From Acidobacteriota bacterium (GTDB taxonomy: Bacteria; Acidobacteriota; UBA890; WLXD01), in assembly GCA_965205505.1 (NCBI GenBank), contig CBDBHB010000009.1:2656001-2720000 (forward strand): a stretch of DNA of 64,000 nt. Reading direction: 5' to 3'. Position numbers and translations under genes: made by a program. Under the pieces are notes generated by a model. That model did not search any database, was not told the origin of the DNA, and saw only the letters and a program-made list of their open reading frames with translations. This document shows, piece by piece, positions 61,958 to 64,000 of this stretch. Numbering within the stretch: position 1 is the stretch's first letter; each line of letters starts with the position of its first letter.

Positions 61958-62031
61958 CAGGCCCACCACACTTCCACCACGCCTGCGGGCAGGTCGTCGC
62001 CGGGCCCGCCACACTTCCACCACGCCTGCGG
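61954..62031. repeat. Collapsed and duplicated class-3 ends on the Pal-like stop codon
   Basis: ctagcaggcc then two copies of ggccc.ccacacttccaccacgcctgcgg (61960-61988, 62003-62031). Confidence 0.75.
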
Positions 62032-62109
62032 CCCCTCCATGGCCCCCAACTAACGGCTGCACTACCATGGCGCCCTGCTTGACTGTGGGGAAGACGTACG
62101 CAGGTCGCC

Positions 62110-63519
62110 ATGTTGGAACGGTTCTTCGGGCTAAAGGCCGCGGGTACGAGCGTACGCACGGAGGTCGTTGCCGGGACGACGACGTTCGTCACGATGGCGT
62201 ACATCATTTTCGTCCAGCCGGCGGTGCTCAGCGGCGTGCTGACGGGCTCGCCTACCGGCATGGACTTCGGTGCGGTAACAGTGGCCACCTGCCTCGCGGC
62301 GGCACTGGCAACGGGCATCATGGGCCTGTATGCGCGCTTTCCAGTCGCGCAGGCTCCGGGAATGGGGCAGAACTTCTTCTTCGTGCTGTCCATCATTCCG
62401 GCGGCCGCGGCGACCGGGCATCCGGAGCCCTGGCGCGCTGCGCTGGGAGTGATATTCGTCGCCGGCGTACTGTTTCTCGTAGTGTCGGTGCTCGGTGTGC
62501 GCCAGCTGATGATCGATGCGCTGAGCGCATCGATGAAGAGTGCCATCGCCGCCGGGATTGGCGTCTTCATCGCCTTCGTCGGCCTGCAAAACGCGTCCGT
62601 AATAGTGCGCGACCCGGGAACGGCGGTGTCACTCACAGCGGCTCTGGACTCGCCTGACAGCCTGCTGTTCTTCTTCGGCCTGACCGTGACGTCGATCCTC
62701 TATGCCCGGCGGGTCCCGGCGGCGCTTCTCTTGGGTATGGGCGCGACGCTTATCGCCGCTGTGGTGACGCGTTCCCTGTTGTTGGCTGCCGGTCCCGGCG
62801 GAGCCAGCGCGCATGCAACCTCGATGCTCATGACCCGGTTCGAGGTCGCCGACCGGCTGATGGCAGCTCCGCCGTCGATCGCGCCGACATTCTTGCGACT
62901 GGACCTGGCGGCGGCTCTGTCCTGGGAACTGCTGCCGCTGGTGGTGCTGGTGCTGTTCATGGACTTGTTCGACACCATCGGAACCTTGGTGGCGGTCGCG
63001 CAGCGCGCTCGGCTCATGCGCGGTGGCCGGCTATTGCGATCCGGCAAGGCGCTGCTGTCGGATGCTATCGGCACGGTGGCGGGGGCAGCTCTCGGCACGA
63101 GCACGGTGACGAGCTACGTCGAAAGTGCCGCTGGTGTAGAGCAGGGAGGCCGCACCGGCCTGACAGCGGTTGTCGTCGCGGGCCTATTTCTGCTGGCGTT
63201 GCCGCTGACTCCCCTCATCGCCATGATCGGTAGCTACCCACCGATCACGGCGCCGGTGCTGCTGATCGTCGGCGCCTTGATGATGCGCGCCGTAACCACG
63301 ATCGAGTGGGACGACGCCACCGAAGCGCTTCCGGCCTTCTTGACCCTGATCGGCATTCCGCTGACGTACTCGATCGCCGACGGCATCGCGCTCGGGCTGA
63401 TCGCCTATCCGATTCTCAAGTTGACGACCGGGCGGGGCCACGAGGCGAACTGGATGTCTCGTCTGCTTGCCCTGGTGCTGGCGGCCTACTTCGTGCTGCT
63501 ACGACCTCAAATCGGCTGA
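62110..63519 (+). CDS. NCS2/AzgA family nucleobase permease
   Basis: EVVAG.TTF.TMAYI, APGMG.N.FF, FDTIGT, GTSTVTSYVESAAG...GGRTG, PLTYSIADG. Confidence 0.92.
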   Translation: MLERFFGLKAAGTSVRTEVVAGTTTFVTMAYIIFVQPAVLSGVLTGSPTGMDFGAVTVATCLAAALATGIMGLYARFPVAQAPGMGQNFFFVLSIIPAAAATGHPEPWRAALGVIFVAGVLFLVVSVLGVRQLMIDALSASMKSAIAAGIGVFIAFVGLQNASVIVRDPGTAVSLTAALDSPDSLLFFFGLTVTSILYARRVPAALLLGMGATLIAAVVTRSLLLAAGPGGASAHATSMLMTRFEVADRLMAAPPSIAPTFLRLDLAAALSWELLPLVVLVLFMDLFDTIGTLVAVAQRARLMRGGRLLRSGKALLSDAIGTVAGAALGTSTVTSYVESAAGVEQGGRTGLTAVVVAGLFLLALPLTPLIAMIGSYPPITAPVLLIVGALMMRAVTTIEWDDATEALPAFLTLIGIPLTYSIADGIALGLIAYPILKLTTGRGHEANWMSRLLALVLAAYFVLLRPQIG

Positions 63520-64000
63520 TCAGCGTAGCTGGCGGGCCGACTCTACCCAGTTTTCGCGAACGATTCGCTTGGCGTTCGTATCGAGTCCCTTGGCGATGCG
63601 TTCGATGTCGTCGGGCGTCCACTGAGCGATCTGCCCGAAGTGCGTGACCCCGATCTTGTTCAGCAGCAGCTCGAAGATCGGTCCAATCCCTCGTATTAGC
63701 TTGAGGTCGTCGCGGTCCGATTGGGGAAGCGGCGGATGTCGCTGTTCCTCGAGGTCGGCCAGCCGACGACGATACGCGACGATCTGCGAGTCGCGCTCGG
63801 CGAGCGCTTCCCGCCAGCGCTCGCTGTCGCCAGTACCTGCCTTTCGTGATTCGAGCTCCTTGCGGATCGACAGGGCGTCGCGGGCCTCACCGCGTAGCGT
63901 TTCGAGCTCCCGTTGAAGGTTCTCCACCACGGATCGGTGCACCGTCTCTTGCTTTCGGTTGCGCTCGATTTGTCGCTGCAGCTTGCGCGCTGACTCGTCC
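63520..64000 (-). CDS. Coiled-coil protein with C-terminal helix-hairpin-helix domain (5' part outside window)
   Basis: DDLKLIRGIGP..E..LN..G...F.QIA.W...D; frame open to window edge. Confidence 0.75.
   Translation of the reverse strand, partial: DESARKLQRQIERNRKQETVHRSVVENLQRELETLRGEARDALSIRKELESRKAGTGDSERWREALAERDSQIVAYRRRLADLEEQRHPPLPQSDRDDLKLIRGIGPIFELLLNKIGVTHFGQIAQWTPDDIERIAKGLDTNAKRIVRENWVESARQLR

Noticed and set aside
61954-62031. Two ~29-bp direct repeats as a mini-CRISPR array
   Set aside because: Only two units with a 14-nt spacer, sequence equals the class-3 element end, and there are no cas genes in the window
62032-62109. Purine riboswitch ahead of the NCS2 permease
   Set aside because: Short leader without recognisable purine aptamer junction motifs or terminator

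Overview
GC-rich bacterial chromosomal segment. The gene order suggests Acidobacteriota (inference). It is mostly housekeeping: lptB-rpoN-hpf-hprK-rapZ-PTS (EIIA/HPr/EI), nfeD-SPFH, SPOR-lnt-prfB (programmed frameshift), PBP1A, a CIRCE-controlled hrcA-grpE-dnaJ-rsmE operon converging on dnaK-dnaJ-hspR-DnaC-like ATPase, then mazG, tatC, tdk, uvrA, ltaE, aroC, nnr-tsaE, solA, a cyanophycin cluster, a Pal-like lipoprotein and an NCS2 permease. An MshEN/HEAT/HD-GYP module sits at the left end. There are two IS elements: an IS3 splitting comEC and an IS110/IS1111 element. The most striking non-coding signal is a family of CTAG-bounded palindromic elements (four copies of exactly 279 bp plus about ten fragments). 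They share a two-arm structured core but carry three unrelated classes of 34-nt terminal repeat, and most sit on C-TAG stop codons. The IS1111 element is inserted in the end of one such repeat, and its non-coding end carries two guide-like segments matching that target. Several single-base frameshifts in short G/C runs suggest long-read consensus errors, so pseudogene calls are tentative. All comparisons were made by eye; no database searches were run.
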